A DNA stretch of 64,000 nucleotides from an uncultured virus (IMG/VR IMGVR_UViG_3300025327_000020) (IMGVR_UViG_3300025327_000020), one strand, 5' to 3'. Positions 37,591 through 47,475 are shown, counted from the stretch's first letter. Program-made: numbers and translations. Notes: generated by a model from the letters alone, not told the origin.

Positions 37591-39381
37591 CTAACGCCAA
37601 ACAGGACTCTGGTAAGACTTAAAAGGTGTCTCCAGGCCAGGGCAGATATGGGCCAACTCCTTAGGAAACTCCACAGAACCGTCTACCAGAATTTCATCGT
37701 GAACTTGTAGGGCTATATCCATTCCAAGCTCCTCACACATTAGCATTCCTCTCTTAACTATATCCGCTGCGCTTCCCTGTGGGATGTAGTTCAAGGCGCA
37801 CTTCTGGATATGCTCGAAGTTGGCTGCACCTATAGCTGGTAGTCTCATTCTTCTACCAAATAGGGATTCCTGCCAGCCTCTATATGGTGCTTCCTCCATT
37901 TGGGTTGCCATCCAATCTGCTGCTACATTATACCTCATCATCCATATTTCACGGAACCTTTTACAGGTTTTAAGAGGCAGTTTAGTGTGAGAGGCTAGAG
38001 TCTCTATTGAAGCATTGAACACCATTGCGAACCCAAATGTCTTTGCAGGTAGGCGAGCAGCTTTGTCATCTGGGTCTGACCCAGGCCAGAGGGCTAATTG
38101 GGTATCCGTGTGGACACTGGAGCCGTTAGCATAGGCAGCTAGCATAACAGGGTCTTTAGTGATATAGGCAAATATCCGCATCTCAATTTCATTGGCGTCT
38201 GTGACTGACCAAACTCCATTATCAGGTGCAAAGATATTCCTTATCTCTGGAGGTATATTTTGGAGATTTCTCCCAAATGAGGCTAACCTCATGGTACTCA
38301 AATCCTGTCTAAAGTGTGTGTAGGCCCTCTCAGCGTCCAGCCAAGGCTCAAGATATGTGCTCTTTAGCTTGGCAACTTTCCTATAAGATAATACTACGGC
38401 TGCTAGAGGGTCTGGCAGTGCAGACAGAGCCTCATCATCAGTCTTTAACTGGCGCCCTGTCCTGGTGAAAGGTAGAAAGTTTCCTCTAGATGCCAGGATA
38501 TATCCTACCTGTTGTGGGCTTGCAGGGTTAAATCCTTCCTTGGAGCAAATGTCCTCATAGACCAGCTTGGCTTTGCTATAGTGGTCGTACCAGTATCTCA
38601 ACTCAGGCTGTCGTATAGCCATTCCTCTCCAGGACATCTTCATAAGGAGAGGGGCAAGCCTCATATCAGTCTGGTAGCAGTCCTTCATCTGGGAGGATAC
38701 ATAATATGAGGCTGGCTCTGTCGGGTCAAATCCTAGATACAGACTAGGCTCATAGTTCCAGGTGTGACCATCCTCATCCCACCACTTAGGACCATCCATC
38801 TTATAGAATAGGCGCATAGTAGCAAGGCAGTCATGTAGGCATTTCCTTGCTACTACCTCTGTTTCTAGGTCTAGCATATTGTGTCGAGCAGGCAGTATAT
38901 CTGCAATCTCATCTATTTGCCATCCTAGATATGAGGCTGACATTTCCGCCAACTTTATATTAGGTAGTCCCTGCACTTGCCCCATGATAGAGGTATCAGC
39001 TATGCAGGGCTGGATACGAGAGCCAGTCTGGACAGGGCCAATATAGAGCCCATTAGACTCAACAATAGGGCTCTCTCCTGTTTGTTCTGCCCAATAGTCA
39101 CTGAGGGCTATGAGGTCATAGAGGCTATTGTGGAATACCTTTACAGAGGGAAGAGAGAGTAGCCTCCAGAGTAGATTCAGGTGAGGTGATGTTTCTGGTA
39201 GAACAGGAAAGTATACGGCTTCCTGTTGATTGAGCCCTATACCAACACCTATGAGTGACCTATCCTTAAGGGAAATAGTCTCTGTGTCAACTGAGAAGTA
39301 TTCAGGAGTCTCAGTCTTGAGGCGTTCAACAAGTTGTTCTATAGTGTAGTCGTGTGGTCCCCAGTAGGCTATCTTAGGCAC
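37591..39381 (-). CDS. polA: Family A DNA polymerase with 3'-5' exonuclease domain
   Basis: VDTET, FHNSLYD, RLAS..NLQNIP, motif A DANEIEMR, motif B RLPAKTFGFAMVF, QGSAAD, motif C QVHDE. Confidence 0.95.
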   Translation of the reverse strand: MPKIAYWGPHDYTIEQLVERLKTETPEYFSVDTETISLKDRSLIGVGIGLNQQEAVYFPVLPETSPHLNLLWRLLSLPSVKVFHNSLYDLIALSDYWAEQTGESPIVESNGLYIGPVQTGSRIQPCIADTSIMGQVQGLPNIKLAEMSASYLGWQIDEIADILPARHNMLDLETEVVARKCLHDCLATMRLFYKMDGPKWWDEDGHTWNYEPSLYLGFDPTEPASYYVSSQMKDCYQTDMRLAPLLMKMSWRGMAIRQPELRYWYDHYSKAKLVYEDICSKEGFNPASPQQVGYILASRGNFLPFTRTGRQLKTDDEALSALPDPLAAVVLSYRKVAKLKSTYLEPWLDAERAYTHFRQDLSTMRLASFGRNLQNIPPEIRNIFAPDNGVWSVTDANEIEMRIFAYITKDPVMLAAYANGSSVHTDTQLALWPGSDPDDKAARLPAKTFGFAMVFNASIETLASHTKLPLKTCKRFREIWMMRYNVAADWMATQMEEAPYRGWQESLFGRRMRLPAIGAANFEHIQKCALNYIPQGSAADIVKRGMLMCEELGMDIALQVHDEILVDGSVEFPKELAHICPGLETPFKSYQSPVWR

Positions 39382-39616
39382 TTTCTATCCAACGCTTATC
39401 TTTCAGCATACTTTTCCTTACAGCCTCATGCTCATTACAGGGTCTTTGGTAGATAAAGGAGTAGAAGGTTTCACTACCAATCTGAGCTTTAATAGCCTGA
39501 GAGTAAGCATGGAGTTTCCTACACTTGTCACCACAGGTGGCTGGACCCAAATTGATTGGTCGCTCAGGCCAACCATTATCCCTAATATACTGCTTAACGA
39601 GATTGAGGATGTTCAT
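39374..39616 (-). CDS. Hypothetical protein
   Basis: Operon-like overlaps. Confidence 0.5.
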   Translation of the reverse strand: MNILNLVKQYIRDNGWPERPINLGPATCGDKCRKLHAYSQAIKAQIGSETFYSFIYQRPCNEHEAVRKSMLKDKRWIESA

Positions 39617-39989
39617 TGAAGGTATTTCTTAGCCAGTGGAAGACATAATCAATGAGAGAGGAGCAGGTCGGTATTTCAGGATTATCCGTAGACCCATTAG
39701 GCTCAAAGGAGACTCCCTCCATCTTACCACAAATACTTTCCAGGCTGACCCCATTTTGTAGCAACAGGCTGGTCTGGATGCCTAACACATCCAGCATACC
39801 TCGGAGAGTAGAGCCAACCTTACCTATATTCAGGAACATCTCTCCAGGTCTACGCTTTCCTTTATCACGTTTCGATTGTGTATAAAGGCCCACAATGATG
39901 TAGAGGTCAAATATGTTTCCTCCATTATCCGTGATGGCAACACGGTGGGTGATTGAGTCTCTAGTTACAGGCAAGCGCCTACGAGTCAA
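39594..39989 (-). CDS. Stand-alone class II ribonucleotide reductase C-terminal (TSCPD-type) domain
   Basis: RRRLP..R.SITH, YIIVGLY, RPGEMF...KVGSTL, SLLLQNGV, FEPNG.TDNPEI..CSSLIDYVF. Confidence 0.8.
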   Translation of the reverse strand: MTRRRLPVTRDSITHRVAITDNGGNIFDLYIIVGLYTQSKRDKGKRRPGEMFLNIGKVGSTLRGMLDVLGIQTSLLLQNGVSLESICGKMEGVSFEPNGSTDNPEIPTCSSLIDYVFHWLRNTFNEHPQSR

Positions 39990-40177
39990 GGTTGTGTCCT
40001 GTGCTCTACAGGCTCATCTACCTCGACCTGAAATACTATCTCATCATTCAGGCCTACCTGGAAGGCGACTCCTGTGATTCTCTTTACTTGAGGCTCAAAG
40101 TCTGATGGTAGCGTTTCCCTTAGAAGCTCAAGCATAAAGGCTGTGGAGATTCTAATCTCTCTAAGTATGTAATCCAT
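39986..40177 (-). CDS. Small hypothetical protein
   Basis: aaggag SD; operon context. Confidence 0.5.
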   Translation of the reverse strand: MDYILREIRISTAFMLELLRETLPSDFEPQVKRITGVAFQVGLNDEIVFQVEVDEPVEHRTQP

Positions 40178-40179
40178 TT

Positions 40180-40965
40180 CTATGTCTCCTTCCTGAAGAT
40201 AAGAATGTCCTCATCCTCAACTACCATACTACCTTTACTGTGGGCAACTGCTTGACCCATAGAGCCAGGTGCCTTCCATTTATACCATTCTTCAAAGGCA
40301 AATCCACACTTTCCAGCTTGTTTAATAACTTGAGCAGAGAGTAACTGTCTCTCAGGGCCTTTCATGGTATCCTTAGTAACAACAGCTATTCTGGCCTTAG
40401 GAACTAACTTAGCATACAGGCGCTCGTAGACAAGGTTCATCCCCTGCACAAACTGGAATTGATTGAGGTTGGACATATTCAGAGGGCCGCCTATATACTT
40501 CTTGACTGCCTCCACTGTGTACCTGTCTGCCTCTTTAAAACCCTTACCTTTGATGAGAGCATATGGAGGGCTAAATATTGCCACATCACAGAGGAATGGC
40601 AGGTCAGCCATGACTTGCCTGCAATCACCTGCCATCACATAGAGTTTCTGTTGGTGTCTACCTTCCCATCTCTTGTGTAGCTCTACCAGGATTTCAATGA
40701 AGTGGGATTCTAGCTCAATAAGGACTACATTCCGGCCCATGAGGAGTCCTATAGCAGTAGTTCCTGTTCCCCCAAAGGGGTCTAGGACGCTATCTCCAGG
40801 CTCTGTAAGGTATTCAATTAGAGCCCTTGTGAGATGTAGCTGCATCTTAGCAGGATGCTCAAATACCCCATCAGGGAATAGCTCCTTCCGCTCGGCAGAG
40901 TCTCTAGGGAAAAGAATCCATCCCTGCTCGTTGCGCTCGTATTGGGGAGCAAACTCTTTAGGCAA
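40180..40965 (-). CDS. DNA amino-methyltransferase (m4C/m6A)
   Basis: HPAKM, motif I LDPFGGTGTT, motif IV FSPPY. Confidence 0.85.
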   Translation of the reverse strand: MPKEFAPQYERNEQGWILFPRDSAERKELFPDGVFEHPAKMQLHLTRALIEYLTEPGDSVLDPFGGTGTTAIGLLMGRNVVLIELESHFIEILVELHKRWEGRHQQKLYVMAGDCRQVMADLPFLCDVAIFSPPYALIKGKGFKEADRYTVEAVKKYIGGPLNMSNLNQFQFVQGMNLVYERLYAKLVPKARIAVVTKDTMKGPERQLLSAQVIKQAGKCGFAFEEWYKWKAPGSMGQAVAHSKGSMVVEDEDILIFRKET

Positions 40966-41481
40966 TTACTTCACCTCCATCCGCTCCAACATATCAGCTT
41001 CGGTAAGAGCAAGGGTATCCAACCACCAGCAAATGTCTGGGCTGGCATGCCCAGGAGAGTCGCAGCCTCCGCGCGGAACAAAGCGAGGCTCAATTACACC
41101 CATCGCTCTCCTCTGCTCCGCCACCAGCGCCCGCGATGCATCCAACTGCATTTTTAGATGAAGGCCACAAGCAGGGTCACCATCTACACTACACTCTAAA
41201 CCCTCCTGTAACCAGCCGTTGTTGATAGTGCAGTCTCGCGCCGCTTTGTATGCTGCCACCTCAGCCTCCACTCTGTCTCGTTGATTGCGAACCTCCTCGA
41301 TGTAGGCATTCGCACCGTTCAAGTCTCGCTGAACAACCGACAACTCGGATTCCTTCGCTGCGACCTCAAGACGGGCGGCAGCGAGGGAGCGGGCGAAAGA
41401 AGTTGTATCTTCATCCTCATCTGGGCACATGAAGTCAGGGTGTGCGTTTCCGTGAACTTTACATTTCGTGTTTAGCCCCAT
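40966..41481 (-). CDS. Coiled-coil hypothetical protein spanning the phage A/B junction
   Basis: aaaggaga SD before MGLNTKC; contains the 99-bp repeat. Confidence 0.65.
   Translation of the reverse strand: MGLNTKCKVHGNAHPDFMCPDEDEDTTSFARSLAAARLEVAAKESELSVVQRDLNGANAYIEEVRNQRDRVEAEVAAYKAARDCTINNGWLQEGLECSVDGDPACGLHLKMQLDASRALVAEQRRAMGVIEPRFVPRGGCDSPGHASPDICWWLDTLALTEADMLERMEVK
41272..41370 (+). repeat. 99-bp exact direct repeat, copy 2
   Basis: Identical to 1..99. Confidence 0.97.
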
Positions 41482-41498
41482 TATCACATCTCCTTTCA

Positions 41499-43019
41499 CT
41501 ACCTCAGTTGGTCGTGGAACCACTGAGGAAAAGCCTTTTTATTCCGGTCATACAGGTTTGCAAAACTCCCGTCCAAAATGTAGGTTTCGCAGTAATCATC
41601 GGCACTTCGCATTCCTCTTCCAATAGTTTGACTAGTGTAGGCGGCAGTGGAATTGAAATAAAACTTTTGTCCCATTCCCCCATCGTTTGCACGAAGATTG
41701 ACGAGTGGGTCAGCCAAGTCTGGATATCTAATCTTGGCAATAAGTTGGATTCGACATTGCTCGTCGTCGAAGGACTCTCCTTCTCCGATTGATGGGTGTA
41801 TAATCCATCCTGCCTTGCTTGCTCGAAACCTGTCAAGAGTCTCAACACGTTTCCCTCCACGACGTAGAAGTACCAGCCTAGACCGGCAGTCCTGACACCG
41901 TAAGATTGTCCTTGCCAGCCTATCCACCTGAGATACAGAGGCGACGTGGATGATTCCTTTATCCCCACTTCTGCTGTGTATGTATTCATGACATGCTAAC
42001 CCCATCCTTTCCCAGTCCTTGACGGACGAATCCTTGTTCATCGAAGCCACGGGTCTATAATACACCGGCCAGCGCCATTTGTCAAATGGGGACGGTGCAG
42101 ATATATACTTGTAGTCATCCTTGTACCCTAACAATTCTGCAAAAAAGTCTCCTCCCCATAATGTGGCTGACATAACTAATACATGATTGGCAGACTGGAG
42201 CAAAGATTCGGCGCTCTTACGGGGCCAGAGTGGAGTAGCCTCAAACAAGTCATCGGCACGGGTTACTATAAGCCCCGCCGGACTTGTGGCTAGTCCCTGT
42301 AGCTGGTACATAAGAGATAACCAAGCCTTTGCCCATTTACTGCCAGATAACGTCAGACCGAAGGCACGTTTACGAACCTTGTCTACATTGAGCTTTGCCC
42401 AAGTTTGCATAGGTTCTATCTCGTTGGACGCTGGAACCTTTAGGTTAAGCTTCTCGCACAATCTCCGGTCAACAGTGATTGTCTCTGCTTGAGTGAGGAA
42501 ATCTAACAGTCGGTGCCCCTCATCACAGACTAACAGGTGTGGACGGCGCTCATGCCATCGCTTACCCTTCAGTAGCTCAGACATATACAATGCATAGTTT
42601 GTTACCACTACTGCCGAGCGTCTGTACTCCTCCTCCTGTGCATAAAAGTCAGAGTTACAAGATATAGACGAGTCAGCTACACACGGAGCGTTCGCTGCCG
42701 TAGTCTTGTATCTCAGGGTGCACTCGAAGTTATCCCTGCCTACCAGTTTGCAGACACGAGGGAAGTCCGCATCGTATTGGTTCTGCAAAGATATGGTGGC
42801 CGTATTGATGACAGTGAACGGTGAACCTATCAATTCTGCCAATGATATAGCAATTGCAGACTTCCCGATTCCAGTGGGCAGCTCTAGCATAGTAAGCCTG
42901 CCTAATTTAGTTGAAGATATTGTCCCCAATTCACGGGCTATTTTAATTAAGATATTTCTTTGCATCTCTCGTGCCTCAGCGTAGCGTGGCCCTAGTCCGG
43001 CGAAAATTTCCTCTATCAT
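41499..43019 (-). CDS. DinG/XPD-family SF2 helicase
   Basis: Q motif REMQ, ELPTGIGKS, GRDNFEC (Fe-S Cys), DEGH, SATL, QTIGRGMRSADD. Confidence 0.9.
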   Translation of the reverse strand: MIEEIFAGLGPRYAEAREMQRNILIKIARELGTISSTKLGRLTMLELPTGIGKSAIAISLAELIGSPFTVINTATISLQNQYDADFPRVCKLVGRDNFECTLRYKTTAANAPCVADSSISCNSDFYAQEEEYRRSAVVVTNYALYMSELLKGKRWHERRPHLLVCDEGHRLLDFLTQAETITVDRRLCEKLNLKVPASNEIEPMQTWAKLNVDKVRKRAFGLTLSGSKWAKAWLSLMYQLQGLATSPAGLIVTRADDLFEATPLWPRKSAESLLQSANHVLVMSATLWGGDFFAELLGYKDDYKYISAPSPFDKWRWPVYYRPVASMNKDSSVKDWERMGLACHEYIHSRSGDKGIIHVASVSQVDRLARTILRCQDCRSRLVLLRRGGKRVETLDRFRASKAGWIIHPSIGEGESFDDEQCRIQLIAKIRYPDLADPLVNLRANDGGMGQKFYFNSTAAYTSQTIGRGMRSADDYCETYILDGSFANLYDRNKKAFPQWFHDQLR

Positions 43020-43210
43020 GGTAGACCAGACTCCAACGGGAGGAAATCTCGCGGGTCTGGGTTTATTTGTGTACCACACCACGGGCAGTAGCTTATAGGA
43101 ACCTCAAAATTGTCGTCACAACCCCAGATAAGGTTATTCCATAGGTGGGGGGTACATCCCTCAGCTTTTCTAAACCTCCACATCTCGTGGCAACACATCT
43201 TCTTATTCAC
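43016..43210 (-). CDS. Small Cys-rich protein
   Basis: MCCHEM...ISYCPWCG. Confidence 0.6.
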   Translation of the reverse strand: MNKKMCCHEMWRFRKAEGCTPHLWNNLIWGCDDNFEVPISYCPWCGTQINPDPRDFLPLESGLP

Positions 43211-43260
43211 TTCTCAAAACCTTTTCGACTCTCCCCTTTACCGCCCGAAACGGACTAGAC

Positions 43261-43617
43261 CTAAGTGGCGTCCTCACCCTTAGCTCCTGTCAAGGTCTCT
43301 GCAAACAACTCCCACGAACTACTATAGAGCGCTATATTACGCACAGTACCATCTACATCAATTACTCTAGTTTGTAGGCTGTGTATTACCTCTTCTAATT
43401 TCTTATTTATTTTCACTATTGCTTTGAGCGATTCCGTACCTCCCCACAATATTAGAGTCTCTTGGGGGTGGGCGCACTGTGCAAATATGTGAAGTAGGAA
43501 ATTAATAATCTGTTCCTTACCTACGTTATGCCTTTGAAATTCAGCCAATAGTTTTTTCAGTAGCGCATCACGGTCTGACAAAACCAGTAGAGACGGGCGG
43601 CTCTTACGTTCTTTCAT
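43261..43617 (-). CDS. Hypothetical protein
   Basis: ATGA coupling to the phosphatase gene. Confidence 0.55.
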   Translation of the reverse strand: MKERKSRPSLLVLSDRDALLKKLLAEFQRHNVGKEQIINFLLHIFAQCAHPQETLILWGGTESLKAIVKINKKLEEVIHSLQTRVIDVDGTVRNIALYSSSWELFAETLTGAKGEDAT

Positions 43618-45170
43618 GCCTTAAACTCCTCCCATAGAATCGCTGGCCGCACATGATGTGTCTTTTCTGTACAGGATGTGCAGTAAATGTCGTCCGTCGT
43701 GTCGTTCCTTCCGTGTGGTCGTTCAATCATAGACTGTAGCATGGTACAACAACTCTTGCACTGCCAGTAGAACCCATTAGTCTCAAAATCTGCAAGCCTA
43801 GTGACTCCTCGACCCTGTGCCTCCTTCACCTTCTCCCTAAATGCTATTCGTCTTGCCTTACGCTGCTTCTTACCTTCCTTCTTCTCAGCCCGCGTCTTGT
43901 ATTTCGTGCCTTGATTCTTATTAGTTGATGCACTAAGACTGACAGGAGCGGGCGGGGTAGGTTCACCAGCAAACCCGTAGATGAACGCTCGTTGTGCGTA
44001 GGTTTCGATGGCTTCTTGACAGTGGTTCTTTCGCACCAGGTTGATAGCATCTAGCGCCGTCATCTCTAACAACTCTACCGCCAACAGTGCCATGAACGTG
44101 CCCGTCCTGCCATGTCCCCCCATGCACCCAATGTCTACCTTCTTGCCCTCTTTTATTAGCTCTGTCGCAGCCTTGACAATGTGTAGTATGTATGGACTAC
44201 GCGGTGCGCTCATGTCTGTCCAGTCGTAGAACAGGCACGGGAAAGCCACATCTATCTTTACCAATTCTCTTGGGAAGTCCGGCGTCACCGTCAGTTTATG
44301 CGACCACGAGATAGTAGAGAAGTAGAAGCCATAGTCCGGTCGTATGTCCGTGTCCTTCGCACTATTCTTATCGGAGGATGCAGAGGCATAGACAGTGTAT
44401 TCTCCTAGTTTCACAGGGTCACGCCAGTGGTCGCAGTTGTGAAATCCTCCGCCGTACCACTGTGAGTTCTCGTATCTCCCATAATTGTATACGTTGCTCC
44501 GGTGGTACGTGCTTGCCAGACTAGGTGTTACGCCCTGCCCTGTCCCAACCTCAGTGAACGAACCATCAGACATTTTGCGAAATCTATGGAATCGTGTCTG
44601 CCCACAAACTAGGCACTCTAACTTAGGAGATGTATTGTTCGTCGTCCCCATGACCACACGATAGAGAAACTTGTGCTGTTGGTTTGTGCCACATCTGGCA
44701 CAGAAGATGTAATCCTCATCCTCTTCTTCTGTATCAGCGGGGTCGTTCTCATCGGTAGTGTCAGGTATGTTGAGCACGTTCTTCTCCCACCACACAAGGA
44801 ACTCAAAATTTACACCATCTGAATACAGTTTCTCAATGCTAATGTCAGCTACGCTCACGTCCTTGCCGAAAGTGGTCTTACACTTCACACAGATAGCATC
44901 GGCGTTGGTTGCTAGTCCGTCTTCTGATTCTAGTGCGTGGTATTCCACACTTCCACAAGTGAAACAGTATAGATTACCTCCCGCCCATACCTCTTGCTCT
45001 ATACAAGTGCAGCACAAATCACACCGGCCACAATCATGACATAGGCACAAGTCACAGACAGGGAATGTGTCACAGTTTGTTTCCTTGCAATAGTAAAGTA
45101 GCCCGTCGACTTTCATCTCTGTCTTACATAGCCTACAGTGTACCGCCTCAGTTGGTTTTGTTATTGTCAT
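43614..45170 (-). CDS. Multi-Zn-ribbon protein with protein-tyrosine/dual-specificity phosphatase domain
   Basis: CX5R P-loop GCMGGHGRTG, acid loop DWTDMSAP, AINLVR...AIETYAQ; many CxxC pairs. Confidence 0.85.
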   Translation of the reverse strand: MTITKPTEAVHCRLCKTEMKVDGLLYYCKETNCDTFPVCDLCLCHDCGRCDLCCTCIEQEVWAGGNLYCFTCGSVEYHALESEDGLATNADAICVKCKTTFGKDVSVADISIEKLYSDGVNFEFLVWWEKNVLNIPDTTDENDPADTEEEDEDYIFCARCGTNQQHKFLYRVVMGTTNNTSPKLECLVCGQTRFHRFRKMSDGSFTEVGTGQGVTPSLASTYHRSNVYNYGRYENSQWYGGGFHNCDHWRDPVKLGEYTVYASASSDKNSAKDTDIRPDYGFYFSTISWSHKLTVTPDFPRELVKIDVAFPCLFYDWTDMSAPRSPYILHIVKAATELIKEGKKVDIGCMGGHGRTGTFMALLAVELLEMTALDAINLVRKNHCQEAIETYAQRAFIYGFAGEPTPPAPVSLSASTNKNQGTKYKTRAEKKEGKKQRKARRIAFREKVKEAQGRGVTRLADFETNGFYWQCKSCCTMLQSMIERPHGRNDTTDDIYCTSCTEKTHHVRPAILWEEFKA

Positions 45171-45178
45171 TCGCTCTC

Positions 45179-46549
45179 CTATCTAAACGTGTGGGAACCA
45201 AACTGTTTCCACGCATGATAACGCTTAGTGTGTGGTTCTTCTTCCGGCAGATGCTTCTCAACGTACTCTATTCTACCCTCCAAGTTGGCATCGAGTATAT
45301 CTTTGAGCCCATACGTCGTCCACAGTTTGTTGAATATGCAGCCGTTGTTATGCTCCAGTCCGAAAGCGGTATCAACAAATGTGACCACACTAATCTCACC
45401 CTCCTCGAACTGCCTGAGTGTGGCCGCCACTTGTGCCCAAGCATGACCACCTACTGACCTTCCCCACTTGCCTTCTTCTAGAGCGTACTCCGCCTCTCTA
45501 AGAATGTCAGTGCCATACTCATCGCGCAGGGTTTTCCACTCTGCCCACGCCTTGCCTCGATTGATGTTACCATACTTACGATACCTTTTGTGTATTCTAG
45601 GCATCAGTCTCTTAGCCTCACCATCACCAATCGTCTCCGACCCATACCTAATCTCCCCACCAACAGCCATGTCTAGATAAGGAGCAAAGACTTCGGCCAG
45701 TTCCTTCGCGTAGTTCTCAAACTCTTGCTTGTAGCTTGGGTCACGCTCGGCCATAGTTGCTAGAGTATAGAATGTGGCCGCCGCTTGGTGTAGCTTAAAC
45801 ACAATGGGCAACCCCCAATCTCCTACAGCCACATCAGATTCGGAATCGTGCCCGCAGTCACATTCACCGCTGCTAGTACACTCACCACAACGTCTGCATG
45901 AGTGGCAGCAATCAGTACAGGTGCCACAATCGCCACACCAAGAGGCGCTGCTAGTACACTCACCACAACGTCTGCATGAGTGGCAGCAATCAGTACAGGT
46001 GCCACAATCGCCACACCAAGAGGCGCAGCTAGAACAACTCCGAACTCCACAGTCCCCGCAAACCGAAAACCCCCTCACGAACTCATTGCAGTCTGAACAC
46101 CAATGGTCGCACCCCTCACACTCACACTCCGCACAATTTGGACACCTATTAGTATCTTCCTTGCATTCCTCACACTCTAATTGCAGTTTCCACAGGAATC
46201 TTTGCACAGCCGATAATAGGTCAAAAGTCTCCCCAGTAGATTGTGCTACCTTTTCGGCAGTTTGGTAATGCTTCGCACACCAATACAAGCCCTCGATACT
46301 TCTCGTTCCCTCAAATAGACAGATTACACAAGACAGAGAATGGGCAGAGACAAGGGCATCATGCATTTGTACCATATACATAAATGGTGCATCCGCATAT
46401 CCTAATGTTCCTGCTAATCTGATTATTTCGTTGTAGCAGTCCTTACAGAGATAAACATCCTCCTTGTATTGTTTTATGTTACGCGGTTCTGAAAGAGTCC
46501 AAGTAACAACAGCAACACCATGTCCAAAGATGCATTGAGGTGCGTTCAT
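45179..46549 (-). CDS. Cys-rich protein with helical C-terminal domain of unknown function
   Basis: Long CxxC tract; C-terminal GGEIRY...VGGHAWA...FVD..F.LEHNNGCIFNK. Confidence 0.8.
   Translation of the reverse strand: MNAPQCIFGHGVAVVTWTLSEPRNIKQYKEDVYLCKDCYNEIIRLAGTLGYADAPFMYMVQMHDALVSAHSLSCVICLFEGTRSIEGLYWCAKHYQTAEKVAQSTGETFDLLSAVQRFLWKLQLECEECKEDTNRCPNCAECECEGCDHWCSDCNEFVRGFSVCGDCGVRSCSSCASWCGDCGTCTDCCHSCRRCGECTSSASWCGDCGTCTDCCHSCRRCGECTSSGECDCGHDSESDVAVGDWGLPIVFKLHQAAATFYTLATMAERDPSYKQEFENYAKELAEVFAPYLDMAVGGEIRYGSETIGDGEAKRLMPRIHKRYRKYGNINRGKAWAEWKTLRDEYGTDILREAEYALEEGKWGRSVGGHAWAQVAATLRQFEEGEISVVTFVDTAFGLEHNNGCIFNKLWTTYGLKDILDANLEGRIEYVEKHLPEEEPHTKRYHAWKQFGSHTFR
45868..46026. repeat. 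Perfect 78-bp in-frame tandem duplication
   Basis: Unit starts at 45868 and 45946; encodes ASWCGDCGTCTDCCHSCRRCGECTSS twice. Confidence 0.95.
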
Positions 46550-46652
46550 GCTTTACTCCTGTTGGTCTATCTCTTTCACGGCGGCGATAGCGGCGCGGTT
46601 GTCTATGCATTGGCCCCAAGAATCTGTAAAGCATACGTCACATATCATCATG

Positions 46653-46829
46653 TTAACTCCTCGAATTCCGATAAGGGATATACTCCCTACCATGAATAAC
46701 AATCGCCGTGCTCAGGGGATTAGGATACTCTACCTTCTTTGCCCTCCTTGCTCGTGTACGTGCGGCCTTCTGTCCTGCGAGCTTACGCATTAGTGCTTTG
46801 TGTTCGAGAAGTTCTAGCTCTGTTGCCAT
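46653..46829 (-). CDS. Small basic protein
   Basis: aaaggaga SD; AGQKAARTRARRAKK. Confidence 0.6.
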   Translation of the reverse strand: MATELELLEHKALMRKLAGQKAARTRARRAKKVEYPNPLSTAIVIHGREYIPYRNSRS

Positions 46830-46880
46830 TGCTGTCTCTCCTTTTCTCTCCTTGCCGCCCCATTCGGAGCGGCCACGACT

Positions 46881-46909
46881 ATTATCGCACACTCCGAGAA
46901 TCGTGTCAA
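46881..46909 (-). promoter_or_regulatory. sigma70-type promoter
   Basis: TTGACA-17-GATAAT, TGn. Confidence 0.7.
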
Positions 46910-47153
46910 CCCCAGATAGGCTCAGAGATAGGTGCTCACCTCCTTGCTAGTGCCTTAGATAAGTCTGAGATAAGTCTTACAACATCATCATCTGACATCC
47001 CAATATAGTAATACTTAGTCTTGTCTATGTAAGGTACAAACTCCAAGACTATAGCCCCATCTTGAAATCGGATATTGTAATCAACAATCTTGCCAGCTTG
47101 GTCTCTCATTTCTTCTCCTCTCTCTAGTGACCGCTCTCCAGTCGGCCACCATC

Positions 47154-47181
47154 ATTTTACCACAACCGCACCCGATGTCAA
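47154..47181 (-). promoter_or_regulatory. sigma70-type promoter
   Basis: TTGACA-16-TAAAAT, TGn; shares tctggggTTGACA with the 46909 promoter. Confidence 0.65.
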
Positions 47182-47283
47182 CCCCAGACTATCGCTTGCC
47201 TATAGATACTTCGCCCCTGCCTTTCTCAATAACCCCTTACGCACCCACAGTCTACCCTTATGCCTTACGCCTGTGCTTGGGGC

Positions 47284-47312
47284 TTGACAAACTTGCTTAA
47301 ATATGTTATGCT
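47284..47312 (+). promoter_or_regulatory. sigma70-type promoter
   Basis: TTGACA-17-TATGCT, TGn. Confidence 0.7.
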
Positions 47313-47475
47313 AGAAGCAGTGATTCGCGGGAGTCTTATTAAGGCACGGCCTATCACTTAGTCGGAGAGAGAATTGCCCAGCTTTGCACAGTTTCTCGCC
47401 GACTGTCTACCAAAATAACGCATACCGACAGGCGAGTTTACCCTTAGCCCTTACCCTAGCCTTGAGCCGTGAGAT

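Larger units (their letters stand above)
1..41370. mobile_element. Phage A, apparently complete circular(ly permuted) podovirus-like genome (41,271 bp unique)
   Basis: 99-bp terminal direct repeat; one set of TerL, portal, capsid, lysis and PolA genes; the ORF running off base 1 continues in frame at 41271. Confidence 0.85.
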
